NCBI GenBank assembly: GCA_021613535.1
Contig: CP075496.1
Location: 744,001 to 808,000 of the forward strand
Length of the DNA: 64,000 nt
From: Adineta vaga
Taxonomy: Eukaryota; Animalia; Rotifera
Direction of reading: 5' to 3'
Part shown: piece by piece, positions 49,311 to 61,480 of the stretch
Layout: each line of letters begins with the position of its first letter
How positions within the stretch are numbered: the first letter of the stretch is position 1
Notes under the pieces: generated by a model
Told to the model about the DNA's origin: nothing
Seen by the model: only the letters and a program-made list of their open reading frames with translations
The model's database searches: none
Made by a program: the position numbers and the translations under genes

Positions 49311-49790
49311 TTAATTTCCACATTGTTCTAAAGCTTCTTTAATTTTAGCAAAATCTGGAACTTTTCCTGCATCACTGAGTATTTCTGCATATTTGATTTG
49401 ACCTTGTTTATTAATAACAAAAGCACTTCGTTTTGTGACACCTTTTAAACCAAATAATGGAAAATCTTCATACAGTGAATCGTATTTTCTCGCAACTTCT
49501 TTGTTAAAATCGGATAATAAATCGAATGGAAGTTTTTGTTCTTCACGAAATTTTCCTAAAGTAAAAAGTGAATCAACTGATATTCCAATAACAGTTGCAT
49601 TTAATTTTTGATATTTGCTAATATCATCACGAGCTGAACATAATTCTGCTGTACAAACACTTGTAAAAGCCAATGGAAAAAATAATACAACAACATTTGA
49701 TTTCGATGTTAAATCTTTGAGTGATACTTCTTTTTGTTCTGTATTATAAAGAGTAAAATCCGGTGCTTGTTGACCAACTTCGACAGACAT
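49311..49790 (-). CDS. Bacterial-type peroxiredoxin (AhpC/TSA; AhpE/BCP-like), intronless, copy 1
   Basis: GQQAPDF, FFPLAFTSVCTAELC, GISVDSLFTL, LLSDFNKEV, KRSAFVIN. Confidence 0.93.
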   Translation of the reverse strand: MSVEVGQQAPDFTLYNTEQKEVSLKDLTSKSNVVVLFFPLAFTSVCTAELCSARDDISKYQKLNATVIGISVDSLFTLGKFREEQKLPFDLLSDFNKEVARKYDSLYEDFPLFGLKGVTKRSAFVINKQGQIKYAEILSDAGKVPDFAKIKEALEQCGN

Positions 49791-50698
49791 TATTTAATAA
49801 TATCACTGATATTTTCGTGCAAGTTATCTGAAAATATTAGAAATACTTTTTGAAAAAAGAAAAATTTTGTCAGTTTTGACGGTGAACTTTATAATGAAAA
49901 CGATAAGACAAACTGTCATGTCATTTTCTTTTTACGATACCGATAAGTCTGGATGATATGTAAAAAAAATCTAGAAGAAAGGTCTTATTAAAAAACTAAT
50001 TCTACTATGTTGTCACATGTGCTTCAGTTAACACGCACATATACTTTGTTTTCATACCCATTCTCGACTATTATAATGACAACGACGGGTAAAATAGAAG
50101 AAAAACAAGGACATATAAACATGCACGACTTGTGGACGATTTCGTACTTTGTTTTTCTCTTTCCAATCAGTTAAGATATGAAGAGAAAAAAAAACGACAA
50201 ATCAATAAGTAAGAAATACGAATACGAAGAACTATGGTTTATTTAGTTTGTCATTCAAAGAAATATCTTTTCTGATAAATAAACATAATATGATCTCAAT
50301 AGTATAGAAATCGAAATATGTAATTCAATTCGCAATTATTTCGAATATTGATTACTAATCTTACACGTGAAAATGGATTTTATTATTCATTAAATATTTC
50401 ATGTGATGGAGAAGCAAAAGTTGCTTGCAGAGACGGTTTATCATTAAGAAGAAAAAGATGAAATTTTAAAGCACCAGTAAGTTGAATAATTGAAATTACA
50501 TTGGATATATGATATACGCATCTTCAAAAGCCGAATCAGTTGGCAAATATTAAAATTACTACCGGTTTATGTTAATGTAAGTCATGAAAGTTTGTCTTGA
50601 TTCAATAGTTTATTTATATTGGCACTAATGCACGTCAGAAGAAATATATTAATTGTGAAAACAAAAGTGACTTTATTTATTAGAACGATCTGAAATTA

Positions 50699-50838
50699 TC
50701 CAAGACCAATCAATACTGATGTTAGATCCGATAGGTGCCGAAAACCATAATCTAATACTTCTACAAAGAATGGTCATAAGGTTTATAGTAATTGACATTT
50801 TGCCGACGGAATCCTTTGGGATTCGAACATATGGGTAC
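50699..50838. mobile_element. Highly decayed member of the CCCAGGTCGACCAATCC MITE family
   Basis: TCCAAGACCAATCAATACTGATGTTAGATCCGATAG resembles the left end at 21135; ends ...GGG-TA. Confidence 0.35.
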
Positions 50839-51081
50839 TTAGCATAAGATTCACATAGACATCTCCATTCAATTATTTTTAATCTTTTTTATATCTCTGC
50901 ATATAGTCTGTCTGTTTAGGTGTTTCATGAATGATAGTACATGTTATATAAATAAACTAAAATTTATATCCTCAAACGACTTTCTACTTTCGACATAAAC
51001 GTGATTACAATAGCAGATTAGAGTAAAATATTTTATTTGAAAATATAGAATACAAATCAATTTATTGAAAAATGGAATATT

Positions 51082-51483
51082 TTAGGAACTTATTTTCTTT
51101 TCTTGAATCGGTTTTTCTAAAATAACCGCACAATTTTCATTCATTTTTTGTTTAATTAAATTATAAACATAAGCAATATCATTGTCATTCATTGTAATTC
51201 CAATGGAAGGCCATTGATTTGCATCTAATAATATATAATATTTTCTTCCCATACGCTTGAAATCACAATGCCACCAAATCGGTGATAATGTCATTCCCCA
51301 TAATTTATAATCGAATATATCAAGATCATCTGTTGAATATAAGTCACATGTACGAATATTTTTATATAGAATTTTTTTCTTTCCAAATGGAAAATAATAT
51401 AAATTGATAGTAAAATAATCAGAATAACATGTAACAAAATTATTCGAATATATCGGAAGATTTGGATCGACAATACTTTTCAT
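51082..51483 (-). CDS. Intronless 133-aa uncharacterised protein, possibly PH-like fold
   Basis: Clean ORF with an upstream TATAAAT-like region; aromatic motifs TINLYYFPFGKKKILY, KLWGM, WWHCDFKR. Confidence 0.75.
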   Translation of the reverse strand: MKSIVDPNLPIYSNNFVTCYSDYFTINLYYFPFGKKKILYKNIRTCDLYSTDDLDIFDYKLWGMTLSPIWWHCDFKRMGRKYYILLDANQWPSIGITMNDNDIAYVYNLIKQKMNENCAVILEKPIQEKKISS

Positions 51484-51932
51484 TTTAGTACGAACTGATA
51501 TTCAACAATTCATTTGACATATAAATAAAAATGCGTAGAATATTTTTATTCTCACTCTTTAAAGATTAAGAAATAGATAAAGTGATTGACGTCATATTGA
51601 TATAATGAGTCACAAAATGTCATTTTATCAATATAAAAGTTCAAAATATACCGAGATTATAACAGTTCATGATTCATTCGTATTTCTCAATATTTGATAC
51701 ATTAATTCATTTCTGTATTAATTCTAACTTTCAATAAAAGATTTCAATAATAGAAAATAATGAATATCATGTTTGAAAGTAATCAAGCGGCATCTATTGT
51801 TAAAGAAAAATTTTTATCTAATCAAAAGTGATTTGTCATTTACCCAAACTAAAAGATCCTGATTTTATTCCACAGTTTTTTCAATGAATTAAAATAATCA
51901 TTTATTTGAAAATTCTACAATTTCTATGAAAA

Positions 51933-54127
51933 ATGTCATCATCAAACATATTCCGTATACCATTAACATTAGCAAATATTGATGTTTTTACATTTGGAGA
52001 ATCTTCCTTATATGGTTATGATTCATTAAATCATTGTTTAATTGTCTATTCATTAAATGATTTAAACAATTTAACATCTTCACCTATTCATTTACATCTC
52101 TCATCATCACCACCATCTTCAATAAAAAAATTAATTTTAAATCCAAATCAAACAATTCTTGCACTTATTTCTGATAAGACAGCACATTTTGTCTATTTAC
52201 CACAATTAAACAATTCACCTTCGAAAAGTTTGTAGTTTAAATAATCATCTATCTTTGATTTGAATAATTTCTTTAATTTAAAGATACTCGTCTTTGTCTA
52301 TTAAATATTCTTTCACCATTGGATTCGAATTCTTCACAATTAACAAATACTTTAATAGATTTTCTCTGGTTATCACCAAATCATTTCGTTATTGTAAATT
52401 CTTGTCCATCATCCAATGAATGTCATCTTTATCGAATTTGTCCATCAAAACATTCGATTATTGAATATCTTCAAACATTTTCTGTTGGATTATCATTTAG
52501 AGGACAAATTCGTAAAAGTGGAACACCAAATAAAAGTATTTCACTTCAACAACCAGAAAATATCATAAAATTAGATTTAGCAAAACGAAAACAAGATCAA
52601 TTGATATTAATTCTTCTATTTGCTTTAAAAGACAATGGAGATATGTTTCTACTTGAAATTGATGAAAATCAATTAATTAACAAGTCTGTTCATTATTTAT
52701 TTTATCAATAAATGAATAATTATTGATTATTTTTTTCAGTGAAAATTATTTGTATGGAGAATTTATTGGTCCACTTCGAATTCTTCCATCGACTTATAAT
52801 AATTATGGTTCAAATTATCGTCATTCAAAATTTCTTTGTTTATCATGTTCAGAAAATGCTTTAGTTGTCTTTACACCAAATTTAAATGAACTTAATCAAT
52901 GTATTCTTTTAAATCCATCAAATGAAACGTATTGTTTATATACAATTGATTCAATAAATTTACCAAAAACTTCGGAAAAGATTTCATTAATTAAATCGAT
53001 GATTAAAAATCCATTAAATTCTAATATTTATTATATTTCTGATTCATTATCGAATGTTTATTCAATTGAAATTTCATGGATTAATCAAATCGATCAGAAA
53101 TCCAATGAAATTCGTTCAACAAATATTCAATATTTATGTAAATCCGATCATTCAATTGAACAAATTGCTTTAATTCAAAGAAATAATAAAGGACAATGGT
53201 TAGCTATTCTAACAAACACATCACAAAATCAACAAAAAGTTTGAATAATTCGAAATTTCCAAAAAGTAAATCTTTCCTTTTTTAGGAATTAATTCTTCTT
53301 CGTCCAAATTCTTCTTCAATTTCATCAACGAATATTACAGAATCTCATTCTTCATTTGAACCAATTAAAACTAATCAATCAAATTTACCTTCAGAATTTC
53401 TTGAACGAATTCATTCAATTTTACGTCATGATCAAACATTACCTCTGTGACACTTTCATCATCTCAAACAAATATTTCAAATGAAGATTTTCAAAAGAAT
53501 CTTTACAAATTTCTTCAACTTTTTACAGAGGATTATTTAGAAAAACAAGAAAAAGTTCGATTAGAATTACAAAATAAAGAAAAATATTTGAATGATTTTC
53601 AAGAAATTCAATTAATTGCTAAACAAGAATTAGAACAAAAATTTCAACAAATACAAAATACATTTCAAACTTTAACTCAACAATATCAACAAGTAAAATT
53701 TAGTTTTCACTGAAGAATCTCAAAGGAGGAATATATCCGAAAAGTAGACATGATTTTCGAAACACGCGTTTAAACATATCTGACTAATAAAGATTTATAA
53801 ATTTGATTTAAGGAATGTTCTCGTCGAAAAGATTTATCATCAAATGTTGATGATCTATTATCCATAGTTGAACAACATACACCAGTTGTATCAAATGCTG
53901 AAATATTAATGCATCAACAATTAGAACGATATGAAATAGAAATAAATGCTCTTGCATCAAAAATAGAACTTTTACGACCATTTATTTCTCCACAATCATC
54001 ATTAAATTCAACTGGACAAAAAATTGATCAATCAGTAATGAATAATATTCAAGAATTTGTTCAATATTTTCAAAATGAGATTAGTCAAATGAAAGAACAA
54101 TTACATAGAATTGATCAACAAAACTAA
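51933..54127 (+). CDS. NUP88: Nucleoporin NUP88-like, 5 exons, with an apparent 1-nt frameshift near 53432-53447
   Basis: LFALKDNGDMFLL, GPLRILPSTYNNYG, EFLERIHSILR and LFTEDYLEKQEKVRLELQNK parallel NUP88; beta-propeller-like N-terminus and coiled-coil C-terminus. Confidence 0.72.
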
Positions 54128-54271
54128 ACTTACTGTGTCTTCTAAATATGAAAGTCTGATTATTATTTTTTCTTTTGTAAAATAACAGATTTCCTAACAT
54201 TGTCAATTAAAATGAAATTATAACGATAAAAAAAGAAAACAAATCTTGAATAGATAAAGAAAAATAGAATT

Positions 54272-56124
54272 TTAATCATAAAGTCGTTGAAGCCATTGTT
54301 TTTTTCTCAAACCTTCTAATTGTTCTCTATTTTCTTTCACTTCTGGATGATCAGCTGGTACTGATTTCAATAGTTGTTCAATTGATTTCTCAGCACAATT
54401 TATTGCTTCATCTAATCGATTTAATTTTGCATAAGCCGTTGATAAATTAAAATATGAAACAGATATTTTATGATCATTTTCAGGTAAATATTTCAATTCT
54501 AATTGTAATGCTTTTTCATAATTTGGAAGTGCATCTTCTGCTCGATCCATTCTCCAATAAATACAAGCTAAACGATCATAAATCATTGCAAGTGATAAAG
54601 ATTCTCCTAATTGTTGAAGTAATTGAAGTGAACGTTTATAATTAATCAATGCTTGTTCATATTTCTTTTGATCAAGATAAACAGCACCGATATTTCCAGA
54701 ATATGTTGCAATAGCTTCAATATCTGGTGATGAAGATTTCAATTGACATTGTAAAGCTTTTTGATGATAAATTATTGCTTGTTCATGTTCATCATCTTGA
54801 TAAAACATACTTCCAATATTGTTATATGTTGCTGATAACATTGGATGATCTTCAGGAATAAAACTTAGAAAGATTTTTAATGATTGTTCAAATTGAAGAC
54901 GAGCACTTCGATGATCATTTCTTCGATTATCAACACTACCAAGTAAATGATGAATAGCTGCTAATGCAGCTAATAATGTTGGATTATCTTTCATTGAATT
55001 ATCATTAAATAATAATCGAGCGAAATAATCTGCATGTAAATAATCATCATTTGCTAATAAAAGTTTACCGAATTGAATTAAAATAACGGGACTTTCAATT
55101 TTTGTTCTCATTTTAGTTATTAAGTCTTTATATTCTTCATTGACTTCTTTATCAATAGAAATTAAATGAATATTCCAATAAGAATTTTCATTATCAATTT
55201 TAGTTTCTTCAATTGATTCAATATGATAAATATTATCAAATGAAAGTAAGATTTCATATTTTGAATTGGAATAATCAAATTCTTTTAGATAAAAACCATT
55301 TTTTGATTGAATTGTAAACAGTATCGTTTGAAAATTGTTTTTAAATTCAATTGATAATGGTTTATTCATTTGACAACTAAGAAAATTTCCAAATGAAATC
55401 AATCCATCGGAAAGATTTTGTTGAAATAATTCGAATTGATTTGATGAAAGATATTCGATTCGATAAACATGATTTGAAAGGAGATTTTCTTGAATTTGTT
55501 CGTTTAATATTTGTAAAACCCATCGATTTTTATATAAAATATCAATTTCAAATGTTCGTAGAGCTCGATTAATCATTTTCCTTAGAAAAGAATCTTTTCT
55601 AAATAAAGAAAAAAGATTTTTTGGAGAAGAATCATCTTCCAATTGTTCAATAAGATTCATTTGAATTGAATTATGTTTATAATGAAATCGACAATAATCA
55701 AAATATTGTTTTTTTAAATCATCGTCATCATCTTTTCTTAAAAGTGTTTCTTTTAATAATTCTGAATAAATAAATGATTGATTCGATGAAAGAAAATCAA
55801 TTCTTAACAATTCATTATCAATTGAATTCTCTTTTTTCATTTGTTCAATAAGTTCGTTCAAAGAATTATCGGATAAAATATAAGTTGAAGAAAATCTCGT
55901 TAATTCTTTCAGATTTTCATTTGATATTAAAAGAATTCTTTCCAATATTAATGAATTAACAAATAAATCTAATTCTTCAATATCATCAAATGTTTTTATA
56001 AAATTTACAAATGAATTAATTACATTTAATTGATCTTTTAAACCATAAAGAATAACAATAAAATCTTCAACATTACCTTCATATCGTTCTGGTAATGGTT
56101 CACGAATTGTCATTTGAAGAAGAC
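54272..56124 (-). CDS. ADP-ribosyltransferase-like domain + TPR repeats (large terminal exon)
   Basis: SFLRKMINRALRT..IDIL, VYR, LISFGNFLS, ILFTI, YEILL, followed by kinesin-light-chain-type TPRs (ATYNNIGSMF..HEQAIIYHQKAL; YSGNIGAVY..YEQALINYKRSL). Confidence 0.88.
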
Positions 56125-56177
56125 CTTTTCATTTGAAATTAAGTTATTTGATTCATAAATCAATATGAATTACTTAC

Positions 56178-57838
56178 CATTTTGAAGATATTTTAATAAT
56201 GATTGAAAAAATCCTGGAGTATTATTAGTAGTTTCTGTTTTATTTTCATCATTGTCTATTTGTTCGACTTTTTCTATAAAATTAAGAGTATTTCTATCTT
56301 CGCAAAGAAGAAAAATCGGTTCCTGATTTCTCATAGTTTTAGAGAGATTCTTTAGTTTTCGTCAACTCTATAAGGAACAGACAGAGTCTTTTGATAGCCG
56401 TCAGAAATTGCTTTCTCTCCTTGCATTTTCGATTTTAGTCAATCAACTGATGGTCTTACAAAAGAAAAAACTTACCATTTGATTGTTGTGTATCAAGTTG
56501 TACCATTTGATGTTCTTGTTTAACTTGTATTTCTTTCGTTTCATCAATTTCTAGTAAAATAAATGATCTATAAAATGAAAAGAAGACGTAACTAAAACAT
56601 ACGATCATCCGTATGAGTTTCATCCGATAATTGAGACTAAAGAAAAAAAGTTTTTTTGAATTTTTTTCAATAAAAATATCAACATACACTTGTTGAGTGA
56701 AGAGATGTCTTCACCCTCTTTTCGTATATTTCATCATCATTTTCATCGGAAGAATTTTTTCGTCGTTGACATCTAACAAATTATTCCAAAAAACAAAAAA
56801 TTCAATAAAATCTCTTCTTGAACTCACTTAGAACATGGAATAGCTTTCTCAATTTGTTCAATTGTAAATAAATGACTAAGACGAAATTGATTTCGACTAT
56901 ATTTATATTCACAACAATCTTTAAAATGAATTTCCAAGAAACCATTAACATAGAATTTCACATCAAATGGATAATTAAGAATATGTTGAGATTTAAATGA
57001 AAATCTTTCTAAAAGAATCAAATTGAGCATGAGTTACCTAATTTGAATATAAATGCACATTAACCTATTTCATATTACTTCGAAAATAAATCACGAAACT
57101 TCACCTAGAGTTTTTCTGTAAGAATAGGAATAGTTTGATTTTTTTTTTTAAATCTAAATGTTTGAAAATCATCAGTTCTATTGGAAGTCGAATTAGACAG
57201 ATACTCGAGTTAATAAAGAATAAAAAATTGAATTTACCATTTTTCTTTAAAAATCCTTTATAAACAAGAATTGATCGATGATTTTCATTGATTTTTTGTT
57301 TAATAATAATTTCATCTGTTTTAGTTGATTTTGACGATGAATCTTTTCGATAAATCATCCTTATTTGACATGCTTGATAAATTTTATTCTATATGATTAA
57401 ATAAATTCACAATATATTCGATTCAATTGAAGAAAATTCATTACTTGAAAATTACGACGAAATGTATTTTGCTTTATTTGATCATCATATAACGATAAAA
57501 TATCTTTAAAAATTCGTCGAGATCGTTCATTTTGATAAAATCTTTAAAAACATATTCGATTTATCGTTTTATTATTATTCAATATCAATGAAATAAATAA
57601 CCTTGTTAAAGATTCTTCATTGACGTCATATCTTTCTCGTATTCGTTGTTTACGATTTATCTTTGAATAGCAAGAAAAAAAGAAGATATAATGTTGGAAA
57701 AAAGAATTTCTTCTACCTACAAATGAATTTCTTAATCGTAAATCATTTGATAATCTAAATTAAGAAATTTCAGAAAGTAGAAAAAGAATTTTGAAATACA
57801 AACGGTGATGATATTGAAGATGAATATCGACAATGCAT
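56178..57838 (-). CDS. Short upstream exons encoding a DUF4590/ERICH3-like Cys domain, spliceable in frame to the ART-TPR exon
   Basis: CQIRMIY..EIIIKQK..ILVYKGFLKKN-ERFSFKS..YPFDVKFYVNG..DCCEYKY..FTIEQIEKAIPCSKC resembles ERICH3 VYKG..FPFSLTFFLNG..SCCEYK..PCYKC. All junctions are GT-AG and phase-compatible. Confidence 0.7.
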
Positions 57839-58536
57839 AATCGTTATCGAAATGTCGTTAGGAGAAGAAGAAAAAAAGAAGCAGAAATTGACGGTTGGTG
57901 GAGAAAAAAGAAATGCTTCGTGTGAATATGTTTTGATGTTAGAAATGAAGTAAAGGAAAAGAAAAGTATGCAAACATTTTCTGTTCTTTTATTAAAAAAA
58001 AACACTTCTTAATTCAAGATTTCAACGAATGACTAAGAGAAATACAAGGAAGAAAGGAAAAGATTATTTTTTTAGAGAATTTTATTCATTTAATAAAGAA
58101 TATTTTCGAATTTTGTTTATATTCGATATATAGTTTTGTTACACTTCATTTTTCTTTTCTCTTTCATTTCATCATGTCATGCGTTTCGTAGTTTAGTCAA
58201 GGAATAAAATGAATACGAAATGCGTTGTATAAAACCTAATAAATAAAGATTAATCATGCGGAACATTTTGCTCTTCTATTTACATTTTTTCTAAAAAAAG
58301 CATCGTGTTTCACTCGAATCTAATGAACGATTGACAGGTAATACATTCAATTATTGAAAAACGAGAAAGAATTCAAATTTCGATTTTAAGGAGGTATATA
58401 GAAGATCTACTTTCATATCATTTGATTCAACTTACACGGATTTAGCATGAAAAACGCATTTAGTTTAACTGATAAAATTCGATCAATAGAAAATGTAGAT
58501 AAAGATTTGTTTTATTTCTTTAGAAATTTGATAAAC

Positions 58537-59442
58537 ATGGCAAGTTTACGTCGTATTTCATATATTCGTAAACGTTCTTATCGAATTCAAATTTGTTTCT
58601 TATTAATTTGTTTAATTTACTTCATTCAATATATAAAATCTTATAAAAACGATGTTCATTTCTTTGAAGATACTCATTGGTCAAATGTTCCTTTCTATAT
58701 TCGACAAATTCCCAAACAAATAATTCAAACTTCGAAATTTTCTTCTGATATCAATTTCTCTGAGAATTCTTTTATTCGTCTTAATCCAACCTATGATTAT
58801 CTTCATTATAACGATTCTTCTGCTGAACAATTTGTTTTTGAAACGATGCCAAATTTTGTCTATGAAACGTACAAAATCTTACCGAATTCGGTGATGAAAG
58901 CGGATTATTTTCGTTATATAGCTTTACTTGTTAAAGGTGGAATTTATTCTGATATGGACACAATTTGTCTTCGACCCATTGATACATGGACAAAAGCTAT
59001 GGAAATAAATCGATTTGGTTTAATTATTGGAATTGAAGCGGATGCAAATTTTTGGGATATTTTACAAGGAGATTATGTAAGACAAATTCAGTTTGTTCAA
59101 TGGACAATTGTCGCTGCACCTGGACATCCAATACTTTATGAAATTGTGAAAAGAATTGCGGATATGAGTTCGATAATGAAAGATGAGAAATTAAATAATC
59201 GATTGATTTTAGAATGGACTGGACCGGGTATTTGGACGGATGTTATTAAAAATTATTTAGAAATTAAATATAAATTTTCATTGAAACAATTAAAAAATTT
59301 ACAAGAAGAAATTTTAATTGAAAATGACATTTTTATTTTACCAATTACAGGTTTTTCACCAGGTATTAAACGTATGGGTTCAAAATCAATTCATCATTCA
59401 CAAGCGAAAGTTCAACATTTATTTGTTGGAAGTTGGAAATAG
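58537..59442 (+). CDS. OCH1/HOC1-like alpha-1,6-mannosyltransferase (GT32, DxD), intronless type II membrane protein
   Basis: IPKQIIQT, KADYFRY, GGIYSDMDT, IIGIEAD, RQIQFVQWTI, PGHPIL, LEWTGPGIWTD, ILPITGFSPG, HLFVGSWK; N-terminal TM. The ORF is open from 58447. Confidence 0.9.
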   Translation: MASLRRISYIRKRSYRIQICFLLICLIYFIQYIKSYKNDVHFFEDTHWSNVPFYIRQIPKQIIQTSKFSSDINFSENSFIRLNPTYDYLHYNDSSAEQFVFETMPNFVYETYKILPNSVMKADYFRYIALLVKGGIYSDMDTICLRPIDTWTKAMEINRFGLIIGIEADANFWDILQGDYVRQIQFVQWTIVAAPGHPILYEIVKRIADMSSIMKDEKLNNRLILEWTGPGIWTDVIKNYLEIKYKFSLKQLKNLQEEILIENDIFILPITGFSPGIKRMGSKSIHHSQAKVQHLFVGSWK

Positions 59443-60960
59443 AGAGTGATGTCAGATATCCTACGTTTCGGAGATACAGACACTTACCCAAATAACGACG
59501 TTGAGACTTCTTTGTCGCAGACCGGTGATATCTCTATGAAAACATGGACGAAACTCAACAAAAGAATACATCATTAGAAAGAGCGTCATCGAAAGATTCC
59601 CTGAATATAAAATTATTAGCGATCGATGTTAAAATAGATGAAAGCAAGCAAAAACAAAATGATGTACTCATTTTGCGTCGTTATTTGGGTAAGTGTCTGT
59701 ATATGACACAAGGAATAAAAACAATATTTTTTCATTCAAATTTAATCTATCTATACTATGACCACAAGAAATATAATAGATTGCTGTTTTTTCCTACTAC
59801 GCTGTTAAGATATTTCATATGTCGTCTTCTCTCTAAATTTCTCTTTCATTAAATGTATTTTAGTTTACTTTCATAGTTTTTGTCTACTATTCCATGTTAT
59901 ATACTTATTTGTAATTATATCTAAATAGTTCACATAAATTCTCAAATATGTTATAGCATAATTCTATACAGTCAATGTTCGAATAATAGTACTTGTGGAT
60001 TGTTTTCCTATGCCAGGTGCTGCGAATAATATTAGTGTTTTTGCATTTCTATGGAAGCCTTGTTCTCATCTCGTACAATGGGAATCATCATAGGATTGTT
60101 TGAATTCAAATTATATCTGTGTGCATCATTCTCTATGCAATAAATCACCAGTTTGTTATCCTGTATTCATAATGAACGAAACTTTGTGTAGTAGATAGAT
60201 TCAATCGTTGAATAATGTATTAATCAACGAAAGAAGATCAAATAATTGTTGGTGGAAATGGATTGAGACAAGAGTCAAATCAGTTGGATTGGATAATCTT
60301 ATTTGATTTAGAAAGACATCTTTATATTAGTGAATAGCAGAATCATTGAATCCAAAAATTTGATTGAATTTTTTAATGAAAGATTCGGTAGAAAAACATT
60401 TGTTTTTCTTGTTCTAAATCAAATCTTGTCTGTGAAGAAAAATATTTCATAAATGAATTCTTTTTTCAAAATAATAATTATTCATTATAATCAGTATGAA
60501 TAAATGATAAAAGTTTTGTTTAGATTATGATGAAACGTTCTAAACTGATAAATTTTAAGAGACTTTCTCTAAAAAAAACGAGAATATAATCGAAAGATTA
60601 ACAAATCGATTTCGATATGATTAATTATTTAAAAAAAAGACAAATAGTGTTTTCAATAAAAAATTTGGTCCTATTCCACACTGAGACCGGCTTCGCATGT
60701 TTATTTTTGTTCTTTTCTATTCTCTTTACATTTTTGATATTTCAATGTGTCAATACAAATAATAGATATTTTCCAGCAATCCACATGGAATTAGACTCCA
60801 CAAGAAAAAAAATCTCGATTTCGAAGCCCCACACACCTAGATTCACCCAAGGTGTGCCAGGTTGCCCATTGAACTCCTAAGTCATTTATAATGACCCAGC
60901 CACACAAGAAGATTTGTGCTAAATTTTACGAAAAAGCAGCGCACGACATCTTGTAAGTCC

Positions 60961-61480
60961 TTAAACATTCAGTTCTGATTGATGAAGCGCGTTCGTAAGC
61001 AAGTACACCGCGATTTAAGCAAAACGCGGTTATTAGCATCCACATCGCGGTGTGATATTCTTTGATACAGTTCGGTTTACAGAATGGAATATGACAATTT
61101 CGGCAATAAAATCTTGTAGCACTTCGATTTTTCCAGCTTCATTGTATGACTGCAGACAAAACAACGTTTTTCTTAACATTATCTCCGAGGATAAAAGCCA
61201 CAAAAATGACGAACAGTTAAACGCATTGAACAATCAATTGATGGTGTTTGTTTCGTTTGTGGCAGCATTCATCCATATTCTTGAATGAGTTCTCGAGCAA
61301 GCTAAAAACGAAAGGCTGAAAGTTCGAGATTTTCTGGATTTTTCGTAGTGTACATAGAATAAGAGCTCCGCATAGTGATATCAAAGGTTCAAATGAAAAT
61401 AAGAAAAAAGAAAATACCGATTATAATACGAACGTTTAAAAATACATTCGCAACATTTGCGTCGAAGAGATATGAGCAAA
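60961..61480 (-). mobile_element. Decayed 3' end of a piggyBac-like transposase
   Basis: Frameshifted minus-strand peptides DITMRSSYSMY, LARELIQEYG, RLTVRHF, KRCFVCSHT / RSATRFYCRNCHIPFCKPNCIKEYHT match the piggyBac C-terminal Cys-rich domain. TTAA at 60961 is a possible end. Confidence 0.7.

Noticed and set aside
59544-60420. ORF 59544-59852 and decayed coding-like sequence downstream
   Set aside because: No recognisable motifs and multiple stops; cannot be distinguished from repeat debris.
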